Part shown: piece after piece, positions 7,539 through 16,942 of the stretch
How the letters are laid out: each line of letters starts with the position of its first letter
How positions within the stretch are numbered: the first letter of the stretch is position 1
Assembly: GCA_040256005.1 (NCBI GenBank)
Contig: JBDZWC010000017.1
Coordinates: 1-24,116 of the forward strand
From: Deinococcaceae bacterium
GTDB taxonomy: Bacteria; Deinococcota; Deinococci; Deinococcales; Trueperaceae
Length of the DNA stretch: 24,116 nucleotides
Direction: 5' to 3'
Translations under genes and position numbers: made by a program
The notes under the pieces: generated by a model
Told to the model about the DNA's origin: nothing
The model's input: the letters and a program-made list of their open reading frames with translations, nothing else
Database searches by the model: none

Positions 7539-7748
7539 GTGATCACGATGATGTTGGTCGTCGGCGGGGCAGCTCTGCTTCTGGGAATCGCGCGCACGGT
7601 CATGTTCGTCACGGTGTCGTCCGGCCACCTCGAGACCACTGGCTCCCGGCAGATGGAGGGCATGCTCGTGAACATGGTCCTCATGGTGTTCGGGCTCCTC
7701 GTGTTCGGGCTCGGGCTGCTGTGGGCGGTGTACGGCTTGGGCTCTTAG
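7539..7748 (+). CDS. Small hypothetical membrane protein with two TM helices
   Basis: Two hydrophobic segments and host-like codon usage. GGAGG at 7526-7530 favours the GTG at 7539 over the ORF-track start at 7530. Confidence 0.6.
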   Translation: MITMMLVVGGAALLLGIARTVMFVTVSSGHLETTGSRQMEGMLVNMVLMVFGLLVFGLGLLWAVYGLGS

Positions 7749-7903
7749 CGTGTCAGGGTCGGCGTCCGCGGCGCGGCAGCGCTGGTCGCGTGCCGCGCTC
7801 CCGAACCTCTGCCTTCCGTGTAACCTCGTGTCAGAGACGCGCGCCGCTTGAGGTCGCGGCGCGAGATTACGCGTTGGACCTTCATGGATCCTGAGGGAGG
7901 CAC

Positions 7904-8569
7904 ATGCTTCTGATCTTCATCGTCCTGCTGGTCGGCACCATGCTCGTGCAGGGCTACCTGAGGAACACCTACGGGAAGTGGCAGCGGGTACCCGCTGCGT
8001 CCGGGTTGACCGGCGCCCAGACCGCTCGCACGATCCTCGACGCGAACGGCCTGTCTGACGTGCGTGTCGTCGAGGTCCCCGGCCAACTGACAGACCACTA
8101 CGACCCGCGTAAGAAGGTGGTGTCGCTGTCCACCGCCAACTACCGCGGCACGAGCGTGGCGTCGCACGCCGTCGCCGCCCACGAGGTGGGTCACGCCATC
8201 CAGCACTCCTCCGGCTACGCGCCGCTCCAGCTGCGGACCGCGCTCGTCCCCGTCGCCACGCTGGGCGCCAACTTCGCTCCCTGGCTGATCATCCTCGGCG
8301 CCGTCATCGGGTACTTGGGGCTGGTCCAGTTGGGCGTGCTGCTCTTCGGGGCGGCTGTGCTGTTCCAGATCGTCACGCTCCCGGTCGAGTTCAACGCCAG
8401 CAGCCGGGCCGCGCAGCAGCTGGGCACCTTGGGCATCGCGACGCAGAACGAGGTGGGCGGCACCAGGCAGGTGCTGAACGCCGCCGCGCTCACGTACGTC
8501 GCAGCCGCGGCCGGTTCGATCATGTACCTGCTCTACTACCTGTCGATCTTCATGGGCAACCGGGACTGA
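7904..8569 (+). CDS. YugP-like membrane zinc metallopeptidase
   Basis: LTDHYDP, AAHEVGHAIQ (HExxH), TLPVEFNAS, AAALTYVAAA. RBS GGGAGG. Confidence 0.9.
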   Translation: MLLIFIVLLVGTMLVQGYLRNTYGKWQRVPAASGLTGAQTARTILDANGLSDVRVVEVPGQLTDHYDPRKKVVSLSTANYRGTSVASHAVAAHEVGHAIQHSSGYAPLQLRTALVPVATLGANFAPWLIILGAVIGYLGLVQLGVLLFGAAVLFQIVTLPVEFNASSRAAQQLGTLGIATQNEVGGTRQVLNAAALTYVAAAAGSIMYLLYYLSIFMGNRD

Positions 8570-8576
8570 CCCCGGC

Positions 8577-11500
8577 TCAGGCTGGCGACCTGGCCAGCGC
8601 TTCGCTCGCGCGGCCTAAGAGAGCTTGCGGCTTGGCCTCGCGGGCCCTCGCCTCGAGCGCCGTGCGCGTGTAGGCGTCGAGCCTGCCCTCGAGCATCCGA
8701 CCCAGGCGGCTCTGCCTCTCCACGTTCACCGGCGCGATGGGCACGCCCATCCGGTGGCGCCACGCCTCCGCGCCGGCCAGCAGCCCGTAGGCCTCCTCGT
8801 GCCTGCCCAACAGGCCCAGGTACCAGGCGGCGCCCTCCACGTACAGCACCTCGATCACCGGCGCGCCCTGGCGGGTCGCCAGCTTGAGGCCGCGCTGGAG
8901 GCGCTCACGCGCCGTCTCGAGGTCCCGCCGCGACAGGGCCACGCGGGCCAGGTCGTAGAGCACGAACGAGGTGCCGCGATCCTCGCCCTGCGCCTCGCGC
9001 ACGGCCAGCGCCTTGAGGCCCTCGGCCTCGGCGACCTCGAGGTTGCCGCGTTCGATCGCCACCAGGCAGCGCCTGTGCCACACGTTGGCCCGGCCACCCT
9101 GCAGGTCGAGCTCCTCGTAGAGCGCCATGACCTCGTCGGCCAGGCGGGCCGCCTCCTGCAGGTCGCCGCGGTGCCAGGCGCTGACGCTGAGGTTGTCGAT
9201 CGCGTAGGCGTAGCCCAACGTGTCACCGAACTCCTCGGCCAGGTCACGGCTACGGCGGTAGCGCTCCTCGGCCAGCTCGTGCAGGCCCTGATCGAGGGCG
9301 ATGTTGCCGAGGCTCAGGTAGGTGTTCGACTGCGCCTCGCGGTCGCCCGTCCGCACCGAGAGGTCGAGGCTCTCCTGCATGAGGCGGTCGGCCTCCTCGT
9401 ACTCGGCCAGGTTCTGGGCGATGGCGCCCAGGCTGCGCAGGGCGATGATCGCGCACGCGTCGTCGGACGCTTCCTTGGCGATCTCCAACGCGGCTGCCAA
9501 CTGCGGCCGCGCGCCCTTCAGGTCGCCCTGGCGCCAGGCCAGCACGCCGTCGGCCAGCATGGCGGCGCCGCGGAGGATCGCAGGCGCGTCCGGACCGGCT
9601 TCCAAGGCCCTCCCGAGCCAGCGCCTACCCTCGCTGAGCGCGCCCACGCGGTGCCAGTACGGGCGCAGGTCCGAAGCCAGCTTCAGCGCCTCCTCCGCCA
9701 TGCCCCGGTCGAGCAGCGTGGCCAGCGCGGCGCGCAGGTTGCCGTCGGAGCCGCGTAGGCGCCGTAGCCACTCCTGCTGCTCCGCCCCCCTCAGCCCGTC
9801 ACCGGCGATACCGCCGAACACGACGAAGTAGCGGGCGTGCTTGAGCCGCAGCTCCTCGGCGCCGGGCAGCTCCTCCAGGCGCTCGGACGCGAACTCCCTG
9901 AGCGTCTCGAGCATGTGGTAGGCCTCCTCGTCCGGCGAGATCCGCATCAGCAGGCTCGCGTCCACGAGGGCCCCGATGCCGTCGAGCACGTTCGGCTCCT
10001 CGAGCACGCTCTCGACGGCGTCGAGGTACGTGACGCCGTCGAACACGGCCAGGCGCGCGAAGAGGCGTCGTTGATCCTCCTCCAGCTGGTCGTAGCTCCA
10101 GGTGATCGTGGCCCGCAGCGTCTGCTGACGAGCGGGCGCGTCACGGGGCCCGCCCGTGAGCACCGGGAGCCGCTTCGTCATACGTGAGAGCAGCGCCGCG
10201 GGGGGCAGGGTACGCAACCGCGCGGCCGCCAGCTCGATCGGCAACGGGAGCCCGTCCAGCCGGCGGCAGATCTCCACGACCGTGTCGACGTTCTCCGCGT
10301 CGAGCTCGAAGCCGGGGCTGACGTCGTCGGCGCGGTCGACGAACAGGCGCACGGCGTCGTACCCCATGGCCTCCTCGGGTCGGAGGCTTTGGCGCCCGGC
10401 GGGCAGGCTCATAGGCGGCACCGAGAAGGCGATCTCGCCGCGCGCCCGCAACATCTGGCGCGACGTCACCAGCAGCTTGAGCTGCGGGGCGCGGGCCAGC
10501 AGTCGTGAGAGGAGCGGCACGCCCGCCAGCAGCCCTTCGAAGTTATCCAGGATCAGCAACATCCGGCGGCCCGCCAGGGCGCTCTCCAGCCGCTCCTCGG
10601 GCCCGCCGGACTCGTTCTCCCTCACCTCGAGCGCGGCCAGGATCTCGCCGGCGAGCAGGTCCGCGTCGCGAACGGCGTCCAGCGATACGAACACGACGCC
10701 GTCCGGGAAGCTGGCGTTGACCAGACCGGCGACCTCGATGGCGAGTCGGCTCTTGCCTATGCCGCCGGGGCCGTGCACGGTCACGAGCCGAACGCGGTCG
10801 TCCGCGATCACGGCGGCCAGGTTCTGGAGCAGCTCGTCGCGTCCCACGAACGACGTCGGGGGCAGGGGGACGCGGGGCGGTGTGGGTTTGCCGGTGCGCT
10901 GGTCGTAGTCGGCCAGCGCGGGCCAGGCCGCGCCCGCGCCGCGGCGCCGTCTCCCGCTCCGGTCAGGGACGGGCGGCGTCGGTTCCGGCGGCGGCGCGGC
11001 GGCAGGTCGAAGCGTGCCGGCCGGTCCACCATGGAAGCGCTCCGTGACCAGCACGGCGAGGTCCTCGGCCAGGATGTCCGCCAGCTCGGCGGCGGTCGAG
11101 TACTTGCGGTACGAGGACCGCCCCTCCGCCTTGATGCGGCCCAGGAGCTCCGAGAGCCGGGGGTCCCGCCCGGGCGCGGGGTCGAGCACGTACAGGAGGG
11201 TGGGCATCCCCTTGGAGAGCGTGTACTCCTCCTCGAGGCCCGAAACGCCGGCCCCCAGGGGCACCTGCCCGTAGGACTCGCCGTAGATGCCGACGAAGAC
11301 GTCGCTCTGGCTGAGGTAGGAGCGGTAGACCTCGGCGGGAGGATGCGACCTGGCGCCTTCCTCGAACATCACGGGCGTCAGGTGCAGGCCTTCGATCGCG
11401 GCCCGGGCCGCCCGCCGCACGTCGGCCAGCTCGCCGAGAGTGGAGGAGACGAAGACCCGGATGCGCCTGTCCGGAGTGAGGATGGGAGGCGGAGGCGCCA

Positions 11501-11663
11501 CGACGGCGGGCACCGCTGCCGTCCCGGCGGTCGCGGTGGCCACGCTCACGCCCACCGCGCGCTTCTCACGCCTGTCGGCGAGGAACCGGGCGATGTTCGT
11601 GATGTTGGCGAGTATCGCCACGACGACGCCAAGCGCGGTGATCACCGCAATCGTCTCGCTCAT
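8577..11663 (-). CDS. N-terminal TM + DUF4062 + STAND/NB-ARC-like ATPase + winged helix + TPR protein
   Basis: Start MSETIAV at 11663 follows GGAG, with TAGAAT at 11722-11727. DUF4062-like RVFVSST...SDVFVGIYGESYG...EEEY, Walker A GPGGIGKS, Walker B LLILDNFE, LLVTSR, LDGLPLPIELAAAR, then roughly 40-aa helical repeats. Confidence 0.85.
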   Translation of the reverse strand: MSETIAVITALGVVVAILANITNIARFLADRREKRAVGVSVATATAGTAAVPAVVAPPPPILTPDRRIRVFVSSTLGELADVRRAARAAIEGLHLTPVMFEEGARSHPPAEVYRSYLSQSDVFVGIYGESYGQVPLGAGVSGLEEEYTLSKGMPTLLYVLDPAPGRDPRLSELLGRIKAEGRSSYRKYSTAAELADILAEDLAVLVTERFHGGPAGTLRPAAAPPPEPTPPVPDRSGRRRRGAGAAWPALADYDQRTGKPTPPRVPLPPTSFVGRDELLQNLAAVIADDRVRLVTVHGPGGIGKSRLAIEVAGLVNASFPDGVVFVSLDAVRDADLLAGEILAALEVRENESGGPEERLESALAGRRMLLILDNFEGLLAGVPLLSRLLARAPQLKLLVTSRQMLRARGEIAFSVPPMSLPAGRQSLRPEEAMGYDAVRLFVDRADDVSPGFELDAENVDTVVEICRRLDGLPLPIELAAARLRTLPPAALLSRMTKRLPVLTGGPRDAPARQQTLRATITWSYDQLEEDQRRLFARLAVFDGVTYLDAVESVLEEPNVLDGIGALVDASLLMRISPDEEAYHMLETLREFASERLEELPGAEELRLKHARYFVVFGGIAGDGLRGAEQQEWLRRLRGSDGNLRAALATLLDRGMAEEALKLASDLRPYWHRVGALSEGRRWLGRALEAGPDAPAILRGAAMLADGVLAWRQGDLKGARPQLAAALEIAKEASDDACAIIALRSLGAIAQNLAEYEEADRLMQESLDLSVRTGDREAQSNTYLSLGNIALDQGLHELAEERYRRSRDLAEEFGDTLGYAYAIDNLSVSAWHRGDLQEAARLADEVMALYEELDLQGGRANVWHRRCLVAIERGNLEVAEAEGLKALAVREAQGEDRGTSFVLYDLARVALSRRDLETARERLQRGLKLATRQGAPVIEVLYVEGAAWYLGLLGRHEEAYGLLAGAEAWRHRMGVPIAPVNVERQSRLGRMLEGRLDAYTRTALEARAREAKPQALLGRASEALARSPA

Positions 11664-11782
11664 CGGCGCTCCGGGACCCGCGGAAGAGTGGAGCTTACGC
11701 AAGGACGGGGTCTTGGCGAAGATTCTATGCGGCAGCGCGACGCGGCGCGAGTGGGCGCCAGCCACCGTCTAAGAGCGCGGCG

Positions 11783-12103
11783 TCAGCCTGGCGTCGTGAG
11801 CTTGAGCCCGACCAGGGAGACGATGAGCAGCCCGAGGAACGCCAGCCGGCCGGGGTTGGCCGACTCGCCGAACAGCAAGATGCCCAGGATCGCGGTCCCC
11901 AACGCGCCTATGCCCACCCAGACCGCGTAGCCGGTGCCCACCGGCAGGTCCCGGAGCGCCAACCCCAGCAGGCCCATGGAGACGACCATCGCCGCCACGG
12001 TCAGCACCGACGGGAGGAGCCTCGTGAACCCCTCCGTGTACTTGAGGCCTATCGCCCAAGCGGTCTCGAGCAGACCGGCGACCACCAAGATGAACCACGC
12101 CAC
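11783..12103 (-). CDS. gdx: SMR-family guanidinium exporter Gdx (SugE)
   Basis: 106 aa with 4 TM helices: [24 protein letters not shown] (membrane Glu13), [26 protein letters not shown] start and an upstream guanidine riboswitch. Confidence 0.93.
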   Translation of the reverse strand: MAWFILVVAGLLETAWAIGLKYTEGFTRLLPSVLTVAAMVVSMGLLGLALRDLPVGTGYAVWVGIGALGTAILGILLFGESANPGRLAFLGLLIVSLVGLKLTTPG

Positions 12104-12115
12104 TTCAGACCTCCT

Positions 12116-12154
12116 GGCCGTCTTGGCTTGACCGGGTACGGCTCCCTCGTCCGG
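12116..12154 (-). promoter_or_regulatory. Guanidine-III (ykkC-III) riboswitch
   Basis: Minus strand CCGGACGAGGGAGCCGTACCCGGTCAAGCCAAGACGGCC matches the guanidine-III pattern: CCGG/CCGG P1, GCCGT/ACGGC pseudoknot P2, conserved ACGAGG and AGAC. It abuts the RBS of an SMR gene, the usual context. Confidence 0.92.
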
Positions 12155-12188
12155 GGCGCCGAAGCAGTAAGCAGGGCACCGGTACAGG

Positions 12189-12194
12189 AGCCTA
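12189..12194 (-). promoter_or_regulatory. Candidate -10 box (TAGGCT) for the riboswitch-gdx transcript
   Basis: TAnnnT about 35 nt upstream of the aptamer. The same hexamer precedes copZ and the FPASD gene. Confidence 0.5.
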
Positions 12195-12245
12195 ACCGCG
12201 AGGCGCGCTCGGGTGTCGTCCCCGACGACGTCTCTCAGGCGCTGC

Positions 12246-13625
12246 TCAGGCGACCTCTTGGAGAGCCAGGCCCATGACGCGCGCCGCCTCTTCGATCTGC
12301 TCGGCCGTGACGATCAGTGGTGGGGCGATGCGGATGACGTTGCCGCCCATACCGCCCTTCCCGAGGATGAGGCCGTGCCGCCTGGCCGCGGAGACGAACG
12401 CGCCGGCGCGCGCCGCGTCGGGACGCCCTTCGTCCGCCACGAACTCGATGGCCTGCATGAGTCCCATCCCGCGTACCTCGCCGACGCAGGCGCGCTGCGA
12501 GCAGAGGCGTTCGAGGTGGGCCCTCAGCTGCCTGCCGCGTTCGGCGGCGTTGCGCACCAGCCCGTGGCGCTCGATGTACTCGACGGTGGCCAGCGCGGTG
12601 GCCATGGCCACGGGGTTGCCGCCGAAGGTCGCGAGCGTGAGGTGGTCCACCGCCGCGGCGATCTCGGGCGTCGTGATCGTGACGCCCACGGGGTAGCCGT
12701 TGGCGACGCCCTTGGCGAACGTCATGACGTCGGGCTGCACGCCCCAGTGCCCGATCGCGCACATGCCAACGCCCGTGCGGCCCCAGCCGGTCTGCACCTC
12801 GTCGATGATCAGCAGGCCGCCCGCCTCTTCGACGATGGGCTTGACGCGCCTGAAGTAGTCCTGCGGCGCCACGACGAAGCCTCCGACGCCCTGGATGGGC
12901 TCGGCGATGAACGCCGCGATGCGACCCTCAGTGGACGAGGAGATGACGTCCTCGACCTCCGAGACGCACAGGTTCAGGTAAGCGTCCTCGCTCATGCCGG
13001 CCGGACGCCTGAACATGTTCGGGTTGCGGACGTGCTTGATGTAGCCGTCGTAGACCAGGCCGCTGCGCCACGGCGCCTGGCCGGTGAGGCTCATGGCCGT
13101 CTGGGTGCGCCCGCTGTAGCCATGGCGCAGGGCGATGACGTCGGTACGGCCGGTATACATGCGGGCCGTCATGATCGCGGTCTCGTTGGCCTCGCTACCC
13201 GAGCTGGTGAAGAACGAGACGGAGAGGTCGCCGGGCGTGACGTCGCGCATCTTCTCGGCGAACGCCACCATGGCCTCGTTGACGAACAGCGTGCTCGTGT
13301 GCTGCGCCCGCTTGAGCTGCCGGATCGTGGCCTCGGTGACCTCCTCGTTGCAGTGGCCCACCGAGACGGTCAGGATGCCGCCGAAGAAGTCCAGGTAGCG
13401 GTTGCCTTCGACGTCGTAGAGGTACATGCCCGAGGCCCTGTCCACCGCCAGGGGCTCGTCCCCGTACAGCTGCAGGCGCCCGACCGCGGGGTACACGACC
13501 GCGTCCTGTCGTGCCCTCAGGGCGCGGGTGCGCTCTCCTCGGGTCTGTACTTGAGTCCGCTCCACGGTCAACGCCTCGTCGATCATCGTGTGTGCCTTCC
13601 CTCTGGCTTCGTGCTCGACCACCAT
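12246..13625 (-). CDS. Class III PLP aminotransferase, AGXT2-like
   Basis: [51 protein letters not shown] (PLP lysine), TFGGNP. Alternative start at 13586. Confidence 0.9.
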   Translation of the reverse strand: MVVEHEARGKAHTMIDEALTVERTQVQTRGERTRALRARQDAVVYPAVGRLQLYGDEPLAVDRASGMYLYDVEGNRYLDFFGGILTVSVGHCNEEVTEATIRQLKRAQHTSTLFVNEAMVAFAEKMRDVTPGDLSVSFFTSSGSEANETAIMTARMYTGRTDVIALRHGYSGRTQTAMSLTGQAPWRSGLVYDGYIKHVRNPNMFRRPAGMSEDAYLNLCVSEVEDVISSSTEGRIAAFIAEPIQGVGGFVVAPQDYFRRVKPIVEEAGGLLIIDEVQTGWGRTGVGMCAIGHWGVQPDVMTFAKGVANGYPVGVTITTPEIAAAVDHLTLATFGGNPVAMATALATVEYIERHGLVRNAAERGRQLRAHLERLCSQRACVGEVRGMGLMQAIEFVADEGRPDAARAGAFVSAARRHGLILGKGGMGGNVIRIAPPLIVTAEQIEEAARVMGLALQEVA

Positions 13626-13659
13626 GGTCGATCGCTCCTGGTTCCTGAGGCCAACGCTA

Positions 13660-14391
13660 TCAGACGCCCAGGTAGGCCCGTTTGATGGTGGGATCGTTCA
13701 TAAGCTGCGCCGACGGGCCGTCCAGCACCAGGTGCCCGTTCTCGAGGACGTAGGCCCGATCGCTTATCTTCAGCACCTGTCTCACGTTCTGCTCCACGAG
13801 CAGGATGGGCAGGCCCGTCTCCGACACCCGGCGGATCACCGCCATGACCTCCTTCACCAGGAGGGGAGCCAGGCCCAGGCTGGGCTCGTCCATGATCAGG
13901 ACCCTGGGGTGCAGCATCAGGGCGCGGCCGATCGCCACCATCTGCTGCTGGCCGCCGGACAACGCTCCTGCCATGGCCCTGCGCTTCTTATACAGGTCGG
14001 GGAAGAGCCCGTAGACGGTATCGAACCCCTCCTGCCGCCGCTCCCTGGCCGGCTTGAGGTAGGCGCCGAGCGACAGGTTCTCCTCGACGCTCATGTTCGG
14101 GAACAGCTGCCTGCCCATGGGCACGTGAGCGAGCCCGCGGAGCGCCAGCTCGTGAGGTGTCAGGCCACCGACGTCCTCGCCGCCCAACACGATGCGGCCG
14201 CGCCACGGCTTGATCATCCCGGAGATGGCGCGCAGGATCGTCGACTTGCCGCTGCCGTTGCCGCCCACCAGGCCCACGAGCTCGTGCTGGTCGACGTGCA
14301 GGCTCACGCCGAAGACGACCTGCAGCTCGCCGTAGCCGAGGTCGGCCTCCACCACCCGCAGGACCGGTTCCCGGGCGGGGCCCTCAGTCAT
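13660..14391 (-). CDS. LivF-like ABC ATPase
   Basis: GGNGSGKST, LSGGQQQMVAIGRALM, MDEPSLGLAP, VEQN. The likely start is ATG 14391, overlapping the upstream gene; the ORF-track extension to 14568 is unlikely. Confidence 0.9.
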   Translation of the reverse strand: MTEGPAREPVLRVVEADLGYGELQVVFGVSLHVDQHELVGLVGGNGSGKSTILRAISGMIKPWRGRIVLGGEDVGGLTPHELALRGLAHVPMGRQLFPNMSVEENLSLGAYLKPARERRQEGFDTVYGLFPDLYKKRRAMAGALSGGQQQMVAIGRALMLHPRVLIMDEPSLGLAPLLVKEVMAVIRRVSETGLPILLVEQNVRQVLKISDRAYVLENGHLVLDGPSAQLMNDPTIKRAYLGV

Positions 14392-15106
14392 CCTCTGCGA
14401 CCCCCAGGTAGGCCTCGATGACCCTGGGATCGTCCGTGACCTGCTGTGGCGTGCCCTCGGCGATGCGCTCGCCGAACGCCAGCACGACGACCCGATCGCA
14501 CAGCTCGGTGACGGCCTGCATGATGTGCTCCACCATGACGATGGCCATGCCCGAGTCGGCCAGGCCACGCACGAACGAGATCATGTCGCGCAGCGCCGGC
14601 GGGTTGAGCCCCGCCATCAGCTCGTCGAGGAACAGCACCTTGGGCTCGAGCGCCAGCGCCTTGGCCAGCTCGAGCCGACGGCGTCTGGCGAGGTTGAGGT
14701 CTGACGACGGCTGTAGCGCCCGGTCGGACAGGCCCACCTGCTCGAGGGCGGCGCGTGCCCGGGCCTCGGCCGCGCGTCGGTCCGCGGTGTGCAGGAAGGC
14801 GGGGATGAGCACGTTCTCGAGGACGGTGAGCCCCTCGAACGGGCGCTCGACCTGGAAGGTGCGGCCCATGCCCAGCCTCGTCCTGGCGTAGGCCGGCAGC
14901 CTGGTCACGCGCTGGCCGAACAGTTTGACCTCGCCCGAGGCTCTCACGTGGCCCGTGAGGGCGTTGAACAGAGTGGTCTTGCCGGCGCCGTTGGGCCCTA
15001 TGAGCCCGATGATGGCGCCCTCCTCGACGGTCAGGGAGACGCGGTTCACGGCCGTGAGGCCGCCGAAGGCGACCGTGACGGCCTCAGCCTCGAGCGCCGC
15101 GGGCAT
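14384..15106 (-). CDS. LivG-like ABC ATPase
   Basis: FGGLTAV, GPNGAGKTT, RTFQ, LDELMAGLN, VEH, VIEAYLG. Confidence 0.9.
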   Translation of the reverse strand: MPAALEAEAVTVAFGGLTAVNRVSLTVEEGAIIGLIGPNGAGKTTLFNALTGHVRASGEVKLFGQRVTRLPAYARTRLGMGRTFQVERPFEGLTVLENVLIPAFLHTADRRAAEARARAALEQVGLSDRALQPSSDLNLARRRRLELAKALALEPKVLFLDELMAGLNPPALRDMISFVRGLADSGMAIVMVEHIMQAVTELCDRVVVLAFGERIAEGTPQQVTDDPRVIEAYLGVAEDD

Positions 15107-16031
15107 ACCGCCTCCTCACCGTCCAGCGGTGCACCTCACCCAGGATCCCAGACGGTGCGAACAGGACCACGATGACGATGAGCGCGCCGTAGATGAGCAG
15201 GTTGGCCTCGGCGAAGACGTTGCGGAACAGCTCCGCCGCCACGGTGATGAGAGCCGCCCCGACGAGCGGCCCCAACAGCGTCCCGCGACCGCCGATGATG
15301 GCGACGAGCGCGATGCGCACCGACAGGTGGATCTCGAACAGCGGCTGGGGCTGCAGAGCCGAGAGGACGATGCCGTAGAGGCATCCGCCCAGCGCCGTGA
15401 GGCCGCCGGAGATCGCGAACGCCCACAGCTTGACGGCCTCCGGGTTGATGCCGGCCGCCTCGGCCGACGGCTCGTCCTCCCTCACCGCGCGCATCTGGTA
15501 GCCCAGGCGCCCGCGGGTGACGAAGGCGGCGATGGCCAGAACCAGCACCAGGTAGCCCAGTGCCAGCCAGAACTCGACGCCGCGGTCGAAGAGGTCCAGG
15601 CCGAACGGCTCCTTCAGGTCGAAGATGAACAGGCCGACCGCTCCACCGGTGAGCTCGCGCTCGTTGATCGCCACCAGCCGCAATATCTCGGCGACCGCGA
15701 TGCTGGCCAGGACGAAGTAGGAGCCGCGCAGCCTGAAGGTCAGCTTGCCCCACAGCAGCGCGAGGAGGGCAGCGAGCGCCATGGCGAGCAGGGCGCCCCA
15801 CCACGGCGCCAGGTCCCAGCGGGTGCTGGTGACCGCCACGGTGTACGCGCCCAGGCCGACGAAGGCGGCGTGCCCCAAGGAGGTCTGGCCGGACCAGCCG
15901 CCCAGCAGGTCCCACGCCGAGGCCCAAGCGGCCAGCAGCAGCAGGTTGATGCCGAGCGTGCGGTAGTCGGGCAGGAGCAGGAACCAGGCCAGGCCGGCCA
16001 GCGCCACCAGGCCCAGGCGCAGGTAGCTCAT
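15084..16031 (-). CDS. LivM-like ABC permease
   Basis: GQTSLGHAAFVGLGAY, RLRGSYF, AVREDEPSAEAAGIN, IIGGRGT. Confidence 0.9.
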   Translation of the reverse strand: MSYLRLGLVALAGLAWFLLLPDYRTLGINLLLLAAWASAWDLLGGWSGQTSLGHAAFVGLGAYTVAVTSTRWDLAPWWGALLAMALAALLALLWGKLTFRLRGSYFVLASIAVAEILRLVAINERELTGGAVGLFIFDLKEPFGLDLFDRGVEFWLALGYLVLVLAIAAFVTRGRLGYQMRAVREDEPSAEAAGINPEAVKLWAFAISGGLTALGGCLYGIVLSALQPQPLFEIHLSVRIALVAIIGGRGTLLGPLVGAALITVAAELFRNVFAEANLLIYGALIVIVVLFAPSGILGEVHRWTVRRRYARGARG

Positions 16032-16909
16032 ACGCGTTTGGTCTCGCGGCCGAAGAGGCCCTGCGGACGGAACAACAGCACGATGAGGAACGCGAACAGC
16101 CCGTAGGCGTCGCGGTAACCGGAAGACAGATAGGACGCGCCGAGGAACTCGACCACGCCCAACAGCAGGCCGCCTCCTATGGCGCCGGGCACGCTTCCCA
16201 GGCCGCCCAGCACGGTGACGACGAACGCCTTCAACGTGTAGCTGGAGCCCACGGTGGGGATGGCGAAGAGCAGCGGCGCCAGGATCACCCCGGCCGCCAT
16301 GGCCAACGCCATGCCCAGCCCGAAGACGAGGGCATGCACCCGGCGCGTGTTGACGCCGACGAGCTCGGCGCCGAGCCGGTTCTGGGCCGTGGCCCGCACG
16401 GCCCGGCCGATCTCGGTGCGGTTGAGGAGCAGCCAGAGCCCCGCGATCGCTGCCAGCGTGATGCCGCCGGCGATGAGCTGAGCGACGGGGAGCCTTATGC
16501 CGGCGAGGTTCACCGTCGCCGTGGCGTAGGACAGGTAGATGGACTTGGGCTCGGCTCCGAAGAGCAGGAACAGGGCGTTCGCGATGACCAGGGACAGGCC
16601 CAGCGTGGCGAGCAGCGTGCTGTCGCCCGGCGAGTCGATGAGGCGCGCCAGCACCACGCGCTGGATGAGCCAGCCGGCCAGGAGGCCGGCAGGCAGCGCG
16701 ATCAGCAGTGAAACGTACGGGTCGAGGCCGAGGTCGGCGAACAGCGCGATCGCGAGGTACATGCCGATCGCGACGAACTCGCCGTGCGCGAAGTTGATGA
16801 CGCGCATGACCCCGAAGATCAGGGACAGGCCCACGCCGATCAGTGCGTAGATGCCCCCGATGAGCAGCCCGCCGGTGACGTTCTGGAGGAGCGGGACGAG
16901 GCCCTCCAA
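16028..16909 (-). CDS. LivH-like ABC permease
   Basis: YALIGVGLSLIFGVMRVINFAHGE, GRAVRA, KAFVVTVLGGLGS, RPQGLFG. TTG start after GAGG. Confidence 0.9.
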   Translation of the reverse strand: MEGLVPLLQNVTGGLLIGGIYALIGVGLSLIFGVMRVINFAHGEFVAIGMYLAIALFADLGLDPYVSLLIALPAGLLAGWLIQRVVLARLIDSPGDSTLLATLGLSLVIANALFLLFGAEPKSIYLSYATATVNLAGIRLPVAQLIAGGITLAAIAGLWLLLNRTEIGRAVRATAQNRLGAELVGVNTRRVHALVFGLGMALAMAAGVILAPLLFAIPTVGSSYTLKAFVVTVLGGLGSVPGAIGGGLLLGVVEFLGASYLSSGYRDAYGLFAFLIVLLFRPQGLFGRETKRV

Positions 16910-16942
16910 GCTGTTACCTCGTCCCGCTCCTCGGTCCGGTTA

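Noticed and set aside
11664..11765. 34-aa N-terminal extension of the STAND protein in the ORF track
   Set aside because: It contains the TAGAAT -10 box. The ATG at 11663 has an RBS and begins the TM helix.
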